In this document: piece after piece, positions 39,087 to 47,292 of the stretch
Layout: the number at the start of each line of letters is the position of its first letter
Position numbering within the stretch: position 1 is the first letter of the stretch
NCBI GenBank assembly: GCA_029556475.1
Contig: JAKQEP010000081.1
Span: 3,130 to 67,129 of the forward strand
Origin: Candidatus Atribacteria bacterium
Lineage (GTDB): Bacteria; Atribacterota; Phoenicimicrobiia; Phoenicimicrobiales; Stramentimicrobiaceae
Reading direction: 5' to 3'
DNA: 64,000 nt
Made by a program: the position numbers and the translations under genes
The notes under the pieces: generated by a model
Database searches by the model: none
Seen by the model: the letters and a program-made list of their open reading frames with translations, nothing else
What the model was told of the DNA's origin: nothing

Positions 39087-40178
39087 ATGAAAATAAGAGA
39101 ACTGATAAATATCATTGAACGGATTGCACCCTTTTTTTTGCAGCAGAGTTTTGATAACAGTGGGGTACAATATGCTGATCTTGATGAAAAAATAAAGAAA
39201 GTATTAATATGTCTTGACGTTACCATAGAAACAATAGAAGAGGCTTTAAAGCAGAATTGTAACACTATACTTTCTCATCATCCTTTGTTCTTCCAACCCC
39301 TTACAAAGATTACCAAACAGGATAACCCAACAACTTTCCAATTAACCCATCACCACATAAATCTAATTTCTGCGCATACTAATTATGATCTGGCAGAAAA
39401 TGGTTTAAACGATTATGTGGGCAGGTTGCTGGAGTTAAAAAAAATTGATTCTTTAGAGCCATCTTCAGAAAAAATATTAAAGCTGGCTTTATATGTTCCT
39501 GAAAAATATCAGGATAACCTTTTAAATGCACTTTTCAAAGCTGGTGCAGGGAGAATTGGTAACTATAACGAAACTTCATTTACCTTTCCGGGGAAAGGTT
39601 CTTTTAAGCCACCGGAAGGAACAAAACCGTTTATCGGAAATATCGGAAAAAGAGAACTGATTGATGAGACAAAGATTGAAACAGTTTTTCGGGAGAGAGA
39701 TTTAGACAGAATAATTGAGACTATTTATAAAAATCACCCTTATGAAGAACCGGCATATGATATTTATCAATTAAATATTAGAGTAAAGTCCGGTATTGGT
39801 CTGATTGCCAGATTGACTCCAGAACAAAATCTGACCGATTTTGCGGTAAAGGTGAAAAATATACTCGATATCCCTTATCTGAGAATGGTTCAGGCAAACA
39901 ATAAAAAAATTAATACCATTGCCTTATGTACTGGAAGCGGGGGTTCTCTGATAAACCAGGCACATCAGAAAAATGCAGACCTTCTAATTACCGGAGATAT
40001 CAAACATCATGAGGCGTTAAGAGCCAGAGAGATAGGACTTAATATCATTGATATTGAGCATTTTCATACCGAAAAGTATTTTGTTCCTGCTATTTTTGAA
40101 CAGCTCATTGAGGCACAGGTTCCTAAGAATCTATTGTATACCAGTAAAAAAATGGACTCTCCCTTTCAGCTCTTTTAA
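39087..40178 (+). CDS. Nif3-like dinuclear metal centre protein (long form with inserted domain)
   Basis: SHHPLFF, AHTNYD and TGDIKHHEA motifs, 363 aa. Confidence 0.85.
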   Translation: MKIRELINIIERIAPFFLQQSFDNSGVQYADLDEKIKKVLICLDVTIETIEEALKQNCNTILSHHPLFFQPLTKITKQDNPTTFQLTHHHINLISAHTNYDLAENGLNDYVGRLLELKKIDSLEPSSEKILKLALYVPEKYQDNLLNALFKAGAGRIGNYNETSFTFPGKGSFKPPEGTKPFIGNIGKRELIDETKIETVFRERDLDRIIETIYKNHPYEEPAYDIYQLNIRVKSGIGLIARLTPEQNLTDFAVKVKNILDIPYLRMVQANNKKINTIALCTGSGGSLINQAHQKNADLLITGDIKHHEALRAREIGLNIIDIEHFHTEKYFVPAIFEQLIEAQVPKNLLYTSKKMDSPFQLF

Positions 40179-40301
40179 TCTTTTGAGCCTGGTTGTATTT
40201 TCTGAATTATTACTTGAACATCTAATAAATTAAATGAGATTTTCTGATAAATATTTCAAACGCTTACTCTTTAACTTATTATTCTCCAAACATGAATCTA
40301 T

Positions 40302-40544
40302 CTACTTTTTTGTTATAGTACCAGAAATTTCAAAGGTATGTTGTTTCATTTTGATCCACTTTTCTTCTTCTATCCCGACAACATTTCCGCAAATGCATCT
40401 AATTTCCTTTCCATTACGAATACAATAATCCCGCTTAATCCTACTCTTCCAGCAATGCAACAGTTTTCCTTTACCAATCTTTTGATATTTAAATATATTA
40501 CCTTTGCATTTTATACATTTTACTGTAATCATATCTACCTGCAA
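40302..40544 (-). CDS. Small cysteine-rich (zinc-ribbon-like) protein, unknown function
   Basis: 80-aa ORF with CIKC ... CICG cysteine pairs, 20 nt downstream of the EamA gene. The start may be M5 at 40532. Confidence 0.5.
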   Translation of the reverse strand: MQVDMITVKCIKCKGNIFKYQKIGKGKLLHCWKSRIKRDYCIRNGKEIRCICGNVVGIEEEKWIKMKQHTFEISGTITKK

Positions 40545-40564
40545 ATAATTGAGGCTAGTTATAA

Positions 40565-41494
40565 CTAAGCGTCTGAGATAGAATATCTACTGAGAAAGGC
40601 ACCTGCCACCACTAAAAGGGAGGCTATCCATAGGCGGACTTCAATAGTGATGTGCAAATACAATGAGCTGATAAAAACTGATAAAAGGGGGGTAAAGTAT
40701 GAAAGTGAAGCAACCAATAATATATTACCGCGACGCATAGCTCTATCCCAAAAAGAATAGGCTAAAAATGTTGGGAAAACAGCCATATAGAGTAGCTCAA
40801 TACCCGCCCTGATAGTCCATCGCGATTCTTCTTGATAGAATATCCTCAGTATCAATAAGAGCAGACCGGTAATCAATAAAAATATAGGCACTGCGCCTTC
40901 TTTATCTCTGGCAGCCCACTTTCTGGCCAGATTGGAATAGAGAGCCCAGGACAGCGCAGCAATAAAAGCAAGTATATATGGTAGACTGTTGTTTTTAATA
41001 TTTTGAAAAAAACTATAGATTGAAAGACTGTGATAAGGATTCATACCAATATAGACACCTGCAAAACTGAGTATGGTGCCTGGAACAATCAGGAAATATG
41101 CTTTCTTTTTTAAAATAGGCACTGAAAAAAGCAGAGTTAGTCCCGGCCAGAGATAATTAATAATACTGACCTCAATAACCTGTTGGTTGTTAAATGATAG
41201 TCCTATAGCCAAATATAAGGAAATCATATATAGGACAAATAAAAATCCGCATCCCCATAAATAATTGTAAGGCAAGTGAATCATTTTTTTAATGGTATGT
41301 GGTGAACGAATAATTAAATAGAACCAGGACAACAATCCGCCTGAGATAAAAACCAATCCGCTGGTAGTCACTACACCTAATTGTTCTGTTAAGCTCCTGG
41401 AAAAGGCAACGGTACTCCCCCAAAATAAAATTGCTAAAATTCCTAACAAAGTACTATTGTCTTTCTTGTTTAGCTCTTTGGCCACCACAATCAA
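40565..41494 (-). CDS. EamA/DMT-superfamily transporter
   Basis: 309 aa, about 10 TM helices, with two EamA-like halves. Confidence 0.8.
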   Translation of the reverse strand: MIVVAKELNKKDNSTLLGILAILFWGSTVAFSRSLTEQLGVVTTSGLVFISGGLLSWFYLIIRSPHTIKKMIHLPYNYLWGCGFLFVLYMISLYLAIGLSFNNQQVIEVSIINYLWPGLTLLFSVPILKKKAYFLIVPGTILSFAGVYIGMNPYHSLSIYSFFQNIKNNSLPYILAFIAALSWALYSNLARKWAARDKEGAVPIFLLITGLLLLILRIFYQEESRWTIRAGIELLYMAVFPTFLAYSFWDRAMRRGNILLVASLSYFTPLLSVFISSLYLHITIEVRLWIASLLVVAGAFLSRYSISDA

Positions 41495-41546
41495 TCTCCG
41501 TTACCGCTCATTTATCTTATTCCTGCTTTACAGGAGATAATAATTT

Positions 41547-42074
41547 TTAATTTAAATTATAATTTTTAATCTTACCAATTGCCTTGATATCTAAAACGGG
41601 GCTACCCTGAAAAGCATCCAATCCCTTTACTTTCAGTTCCAATCCGGATACCTGCAGCAGCTCTACATATGTTATCCCGATTCGGGAAGTTCTTCTCGGT
41701 GTTCGAGAAGCAAAAACACCTACTCTTTTACCATCACTCTTGTTACCACGGTTGAAGACCGTTTTGATAGCATCAATTTCATGAAAATAAAAGACCACGC
41801 ATATCTCTTTTTCTTCCTCAAGCTTATACATAAACCTTTTTTGTTGGGGGTATAATGTTATTACTGCATTCCCCCAGGGTTCGTTTGATTTAACAAAACC
41901 TATCGGGTAAATTGACAATGGCTCTACATCACCAAAAATACAGCGGTAGCAGACTGGTTTTTCATCAACATAAAAAAATTGTTCAGGATTTATTCTCTTC
42001 TGACATTCTGAACAAAACAGTTCTTCTTTCAAATTACTGGCCTCGTTTCTTTTTAAAGAATTAGTTTTACTCAC
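41547..42074 (-). CDS. TsaA/TrmO-family (UPF0066) domain protein with an N-terminal 4-Cys extension
   Basis: IGFVKSN ... GVFASRTPRRTSRIGITYVELL ... GLDAFQGSPVLDIK is the TsaA-like beta-barrel signature. It is preceded by CSEC..(17)..CYRC. The GTG start overlaps the upstream stop (GTGAGTAA). Confidence 0.75.
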   Translation of the reverse strand: MSKTNSLKRNEASNLKEELFCSECQKRINPEQFFYVDEKPVCYRCIFGDVEPLSIYPIGFVKSNEPWGNAVITLYPQQKRFMYKLEEEKEICVVFYFHEIDAIKTVFNRGNKSDGKRVGVFASRTPRRTSRIGITYVELLQVSGLELKVKGLDAFQGSPVLDIKAIGKIKNYNLN

Positions 42075-42552
42075 TGGAAACTGATCTTTTTCCAGTTATA
42101 TGTTCAGGTCGTACTCTTAGAATGGTTAATTTATTAAGATTATCTTCATTAAATACCGGCTTTTCTTCTTTAGTTGTCGCTCTTTCTCCATAGAGCTGCT
42201 CTACAATACAGTTTAGCGCATTTATTCTTTCCCTTCTATCAAACAGGAACTCTACTTTTCCAAAAATAATTACACTGCTGTATCTCATACTGGTCTTACA
42301 GACATCTTCTGATTGATTAATTTTTAGATCCTGGGTTATTTCAATACATACCCGGGGGTTTTCTTTTAATATATCTATTTTCAAACCTTCCGGAGCAGAG
42401 TGCAGGTAAAAATATTGCCCATCAAATCCAAAATTCATGGGTACCAGATAGGGAGCATTGTCCTTGCACATTGCCACATTACAAAAAAGAGCTTTCTTTA
42501 TAATATCTTTTATTTCTTCCCTACTGCTTATTTCTCTATCTTTTCTTCTCAT
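42067..42552 (-). CDS. Pyridoxamine 5'-phosphate oxidase-like FMN-binding protein
   Basis: 161 aa. MRRKDREI ... PYLVPMNFGFDG..FYLHSA is typical of the PNPOx-like split-barrel family. Confidence 0.75.
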   Translation of the reverse strand: MRRKDREISSREEIKDIIKKALFCNVAMCKDNAPYLVPMNFGFDGQYFYLHSAPEGLKIDILKENPRVCIEITQDLKINQSEDVCKTSMRYSSVIIFGKVEFLFDRRERINALNCIVEQLYGERATTKEEKPVFNEDNLNKLTILRVRPEHITGKRSVSSE

Positions 42553-42588
42553 CTTTTAAAAATCCTCTCTAATTATTTCATACTATTC

Positions 42589-43329
42589 TTATCTTATCTT
42601 TTTACCTACAGTTGCCATATAGATAACAAAATGCTCTTGGCCATCAAGGTCCAAAATTGAATTCAATTCATCATCTGAGAAAGCACCTATTACACAAACA
42701 CCACAATTTATGGCTTCGGCAGAAAGATAAAGGTTCTGAGCAACATGACCGGCATCTAAAAATATATAACGATAAGCGCGTTCTCCATATCTCCATTTCA
42801 TTCTGTATATGATTGCAATCCAGATAAAAGTGACTGCCGATTGCTTTATAAAATCCTGGCTAAAGCTTGCTTTTACAATATCATTGACTATAGAACTATC
42901 TTTTTTTATCGTTCCCAGCTGATGTTCCAGACTTAAGTAACGATAAAGTCCAGGAGTTAATCCTTCCACATTATTTACCAGAAGAATGGTCTCCAGAGCA
43001 TGACGGCCTCCAGCAGATGGCACGGTTCTAAGGGTTGCTACATCAGAAATAATTTCTTTTACCCCCTGAGTGCACCAGAGTAAATAGGACAGCTCTAACA
43101 GGTTAATATTTTCTCGTTTGTAATTTCTGATGCTCTGTCTCACATTGATAATAGAAATTATATTGTCTTCAGATACTTGTATTTTATCCCAGGGCGGCAA
43201 TGAAATGATTTCCCCCGTCTTGGGATAAGGCAGTTGCAGACCTGGCGAGGGTGCTCCTTTCATCTGATCAGCTACATCCATATTCTGATATTTTGTTTTA
43301 ATAATAAATTCTTCCCCGGCTGATTTCAT
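42589..43329 (-). CDS. SagB-type dehydrogenase / nitroreductase-family protein
   Basis: 246 aa. RQSIRNY ... LRTVPSAGGRHALE ... YRYIFLDAGHVAQNLYL matches the SagB/ThcOx nitroreductase pattern. Confidence 0.8.
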   Translation of the reverse strand: MKSAGEEFIIKTKYQNMDVADQMKGAPSPGLQLPYPKTGEIISLPPWDKIQVSEDNIISIINVRQSIRNYKRENINLLELSYLLWCTQGVKEIISDVATLRTVPSAGGRHALETILLVNNVEGLTPGLYRYLSLEHQLGTIKKDSSIVNDIVKASFSQDFIKQSAVTFIWIAIIYRMKWRYGERAYRYIFLDAGHVAQNLYLSAEAINCGVCVIGAFSDDELNSILDLDGQEHFVIYMATVGKKIR

Positions 43330-43415
43330 AAATCATATCCTTTCTAAGAGAATTATAATGTTTTTTTAAAAATTATTCTCTCAATGCTATTCTCATTCTT
43401 AGACATTTTGTAATT

Positions 43416-44501
43416 TTAGAAATTATAGCTAAGACCAATTTCCAGAAAGATATAGGCTGGTTTGCTAAAAACTTCTTTCAGTGAATTATCTTCAGTCTGC
43501 TGCAATGATTCTATTAGTATACCTCCCTGAATTCTAATTTTGCTGTTGCTACTCAACTGATTACTATAGACCGGCATTAAAATTGCCGAACCTGCACTGC
43601 TGTTGTATAGAGCAGTTATACCAATACTTGAAAACTCATCAATTTTATAGGTAATGTTTTCTGCAAAAAGGTGAATATTCCCTTCTTCTTCTTCTGGAAA
43701 GGTAAAGATAGAACCGGTTACCTCTCTTAATATCTCAGAAGGTATATTCAAATATTCTGCTTGAATATAAAGCTGATTGCCAGTGGGGGAAAAATAACTA
43801 TAATCAAACCCTGCTAAAAGGGAAAATGCTCTTCCATCAGAATAGTACCCTAAAGCACCGTATACTCCAAAAGGGCCCAGATCTCCTTTAGCAGTAATAC
43901 CAAGGCGATATTCACCTGCTTCTCCTGCCCTTATATCTTCCTGAACACAGTTTGCTGTTATATCAAAACCTTTAATTAATGTTCTCCCCCTTAAACCTGC
44001 TTTCCAGGTCCTATCCACTCCAGAGGGAGAGGTAACCAGCGATAAACTAGCATTCCAATTAACAGGGAAATATATTTCCAGTGCATTTTGATATTTTGGA
44101 CTATAATCTCTATCTAAGGCAACTGCCCCTAAAGTATAATCAACCGGATTTAATAGTGAACCAAAAGACCAGGAAATAGGTTGCTTCCCAATAGAAAGAT
44201 GAAAATTTTCCGATCTATGCATCCAGTACAATTTCTTCCAAAAAAAATCTAATTTTCCTTCTACTGAATCAGTAAAGAAGTAGCCGTCGCATCTGACCTG
44301 TTCATTGTCTTTTAAAGACAGGGTTAACTCCAGATCCAAATTTGCATGAGGCAGAAGAATAAACCCGTTTTGTTTTGAATAGAAAGCAGACAGGGAAGTG
44401 TTAAACTGCCCTCCCGATGTCATCACGCTTGCTTCCCCAGTAAAGCTCAAGGTAAAGAGATAAAAAATCAGCATGGTAACAATAAAATTGAATTTCTTCA
44501 T
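43416..44501 (-). CDS. Putative outer-membrane beta-barrel (porin-like) protein
   Basis: Signal peptide, alternating-hydrophobicity strands throughout, and a C-terminal ...IGLSYNF ending in Phe. Confidence 0.6.
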   Translation of the reverse strand: MKKFNFIVTMLIFYLFTLSFTGEASVMTSGGQFNTSLSAFYSKQNGFILLPHANLDLELTLSLKDNEQVRCDGYFFTDSVEGKLDFFWKKLYWMHRSENFHLSIGKQPISWSFGSLLNPVDYTLGAVALDRDYSPKYQNALEIYFPVNWNASLSLVTSPSGVDRTWKAGLRGRTLIKGFDITANCVQEDIRAGEAGEYRLGITAKGDLGPFGVYGALGYYSDGRAFSLLAGFDYSYFSPTGNQLYIQAEYLNIPSEILREVTGSIFTFPEEEEGNIHLFAENITYKIDEFSSIGITALYNSSAGSAILMPVYSNQLSSNSKIRIQGGILIESLQQTEDNSLKEVFSKPAYIFLEIGLSYNF

Positions 44502-44664
44502 TTTCTTGCCCCGGTTATTAAAATGATTTTCTATCCAGTGAGCAGGTTCCCCTCAAAACAGTCAAACCCATTTGTCTCACAGTTTATATCTATTTTATTA
44601 TTACACTTTCCCAATGTTATTTAAAGTAGTAGACATTATTTTACATTGATATTATATAAATAAA

Positions 44665-44706
44665 GGCTGAGCCCATCCTCTTTTCTCTCAACAGAATAGG
44701 CTCAGC
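44665..44706 (-). terminator. Possible terminator after rpoZ
   Basis: GGCTGAGCC / GGCTCAGC(A) inverted repeat (8-bp GC-rich stem, ~25-nt loop), followed on the minus strand by CUUUAUUUAU. Confidence 0.45.
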
Positions 44707-44737
44707 ACATTTAAAAATTGTTCTATTAAACTTTACC

Positions 44738-44914
44738 CTACTCTTCTTCTTTTATATAAACTTTTCCTTCAACGATTTCTTTTAATGCCGTTACCCTTGT
44801 GTTTTTCTCGTTGGTGTTGACAAGTGGTTTTGAACCTTGATTCAATTGTTTTGCTCTTTTGGCAACCATCATGGTCAGCAAATATTTATTATCCAAATAA
44901 TCATTCTTTTCCAA
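44738..44914 (-). CDS. rpoZ: DNA-directed RNA polymerase omega subunit (absent from the ORF track)
   Basis: TTG start with GGAG 7 nt upstream. The 58-aa product is LEKNDYLDNKYLLTMMVAKRAKQLNQGSKPLVNTNEKNTRVTALKEIVEGKVYIKEEE. The block KY.L...AKRA.QL ... AL.EI..GK is the conserved omega core. Confidence 0.8.
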   Translation of the reverse strand: MEKNDYLDNKYLLTMMVAKRAKQLNQGSKPLVNTNEKNTRVTALKEIVEGKVYIKEEE

Positions 44915-44974
44915 TATCTTGCTCCTACTGGTATTTTATTTATGTATGAATATAAATAAATACAAATATTTAAA

Positions 44975-45253
44975 TTATAAATTACGTTGTAAATCTCTGA
45001 TTTCTTTTTCTAAATGTTTGATTTTCCTTTTCAACCTGTCTCTTTCTGTTTCTTCTTTCTCATTATCCAGCATATCATCATTTTTAGGTAATTTTTTAAA
45101 ACGTGATTCAATTTCTCTAATTTCTTTTCTCTTTTCCTCAATTAAATCTTTAATAGAATGAGTATCGTCCCCATAAGAATAATAATGTTTTTTTTCATTC
45201 CTTTTAACGATCACAGAACTTCTCCTTACAACCTTTCTTTTTTTATATTTCAA
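44975..45253 (-). CDS. Hypothetical K/E/R-rich coiled-coil protein (coding status uncertain)
   Basis: 92-aa ORF with a TTG start and no convincing SD, of highly charged low-complexity composition. It lies 60 nt upstream of rpoZ. Confidence 0.35.
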   Translation of the reverse strand: MKYKKRKVVRRSSVIVKRNEKKHYYSYGDDTHSIKDLIEEKRKEIREIESRFKKLPKNDDMLDNEKEETERDRLKRKIKHLEKEIRDLQRNL

Positions 45254-45532
45254 TTCATAAAGGGGTTACCCCTTTTAGAACCCTTTAAATACAGTGATAA
45301 GTGATGAGTAATTAGTAATGCGTTATTTGTATTGAGTTAAAATATGTATATCGTATATATGTAATAGTATTATAATAAAAATACCCTCCTTCGTCATTGG
45401 GAACGGTTTCCCCTCCTTCATTTTTTTCTATTTTAATAAAAATTAAAAACTATATAATATTATTAATTTTTTTATGAAATACTTCTTTTGATAATGGAAA
45501 GGGACAAAAAATATAATAACTATGTGGTGCTA

Positions 45533-46186
45533 TTAAGCCTCCATAATCTGAATTACCAGTTTTTCAATACCAATGGCAATTTTAGATATAGTCGGTCCTA
45601 ACATATAGGCAGCAGTAGAAGCTATTTTTTGTTGGGGGTCATATACCATTTCATCCACTCTGGAAATTACATGCTTTGCTCCCCATTGTTCTAAAATCTT
45701 AGCAGTTGACGGGTCATTTCCTATAGTCAGCTGAGGATGATATTTGCCTAAAACCTTAGCCGCTAAAACAGGAGCAATACAGATAAAACCCTGTGGTTTG
45801 CCAGCTTTGTGCATTGACAGAATAATGCTCTCTACCCCTTTATCGACCTGGCAATTTTCTTTTTCAAAGGCATAAGTGCACAGGTTTTTTGCTACTCCAA
45901 ATCCCCCGGGAAATATCAGTCCATCCAGTGAGTTAACTTCTGCTTGTGATAAATCTTTGATTTCACCTCTGCATATACGGGCTGATTCTTGCAGAATTTG
46001 CCGATGCTCTTCTTCCTGTACTTTCCCGGTAGAATGATCAATGGTATGCCATTGCGGTTTTTTAGGAGCAAAACAGACAATGTTGGCACCTAACTTATCC
46101 AGAAAATATAGAGTTAATGTGGCTTCCTGGATTTCGCTACCATCCTGAGCCCCACAGCCAGCCAGGACAACAGCAATAGTTTTCAT
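45533..46186 (-). CDS. elbB: ElbB-type DJ-1/PfpI-superfamily protein (glyoxalase III-like)
   Basis: MKTIAVVLAGCGAQDGSEIQEATLTL ... CFAP ... IFPGGFGVAKNL closely parallels E. coli ElbB. Confidence 0.85.
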   Translation of the reverse strand: MKTIAVVLAGCGAQDGSEIQEATLTLYFLDKLGANIVCFAPKKPQWHTIDHSTGKVQEEEHRQILQESARICRGEIKDLSQAEVNSLDGLIFPGGFGVAKNLCTYAFEKENCQVDKGVESIILSMHKAGKPQGFICIAPVLAAKVLGKYHPQLTIGNDPSTAKILEQWGAKHVISRVDEMVYDPQQKIASTAAYMLGPTISKIAIGIEKLVIQIMEA

Positions 46187-46578
46187 AACAGTGACTCCTT
46201 TAACTATAAATAGCTAAAATTCAAATCTATTATATATTAATTGTAATTAAAACTCAAATTTTTATAAAACTAAATACGGATATTTTTAAACATTGTTTAG
46301 TTCATATTCGCATTCTTATGTCAGGTATCGGGATAAGAACAATTTTTTTAAAAGGTTTATCAAAAAAAATGAAAAAATTATATTGAATTAATTATTGACA
46401 TATGCAGAATTATAAATTAGTATCTGGAAGGAAACTATTTATACCATTTTAGTTTTTATATTTTTCATTATTACAACTTTTATTACCAATATTATACTTG
46501 AGGCAATATTTCTTTATAAGCACAAGAATATAAGAAAGGGTATTACTATTAACGCGAAGCAGGCTGTATCCACAAAAA

Positions 46579-47186
46579 ATGAAAAAATAAACCAAAAAAA
46601 CAACCTCATTAAAAAAAGAATATTAGACACTGCCAGAAGATATTTCTTTACCCAGGGATATTCAAAAGCAACTATGGATGAATTGGCTGCTGAGCTTCAC
46701 ATGAGCAAAAAAACCCTCTATCAGTTTTTTAAAAGCAAGCAGCTTTTACTGGAATCTGTTATATATGATTTTTTCCAGAATTTTCATACTAAAATTAATA
46801 AAATAATTAAAAACAAAGATAATAATAAAGGTGTAAGTCTACTCAAACAGGTTATGTCCTTAGTGCAAGCCCAGGTTTCTCAGTGTAATATATGGGCTTT
46901 TGAAGACATTCAAAAGAATAACCCCAAAGCCTGGCAAATAATCAACAGACTGGAGGAAAAACTGATTAATGGAGAATTAAAGAAGCTGCTTCAAGAAGGG
47001 AGGAAAGAAGGAACCATTCACTCTAATATTGATCTTGACCTCATAGTTCTGATGATTCTCAATAACATCAAATCTATAGTTGTTCCCGAAGTAGTATCAC
47101 AGCTATCTTATTCTACTGAAGAAGTTATCGATATGCTGGCTAGAATTATCCTTTATGGTATTTCTAAGCCGGAAAATACGGAATAA
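46579..47186 (+). CDS. TetR/AcrR-family regulator; the start codon appears out of frame with the body
   Basis: The HTH (KRILDTARRYFFTQGYSKATMDELAAELHMSKKTLYQFF) lies upstream of the track start at 46674, in an open frame that has no start codon. The only ATG (46579) is offset by one nucleotide, across an A6 tract (46582-46587). Confidence 0.6.
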
Positions 47187-47292
47187 TTTTAAATTCAGGA
47201 TATAATCGTTTTTAAAATTGTAAAACAATAGTACGACCCATAAGCTTTTATTTAGATTATAAGAATATAGAACAGGAGAATGCAGACACAGA

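Noticed and set aside
45323-45397. 24-codon hydrophobic ORF (MTKEGIFIIILLHIYDIHILTQYK) flanked by a duplicated GAAGGAGGG, considered as a type I toxin-like peptide
   Set aside because: The upstream SD copy is about 14 nt from the ATG, and the second copy lies inside the ORF. The ORF is short and in very AT-rich DNA, and no antisense RNA features are evident.
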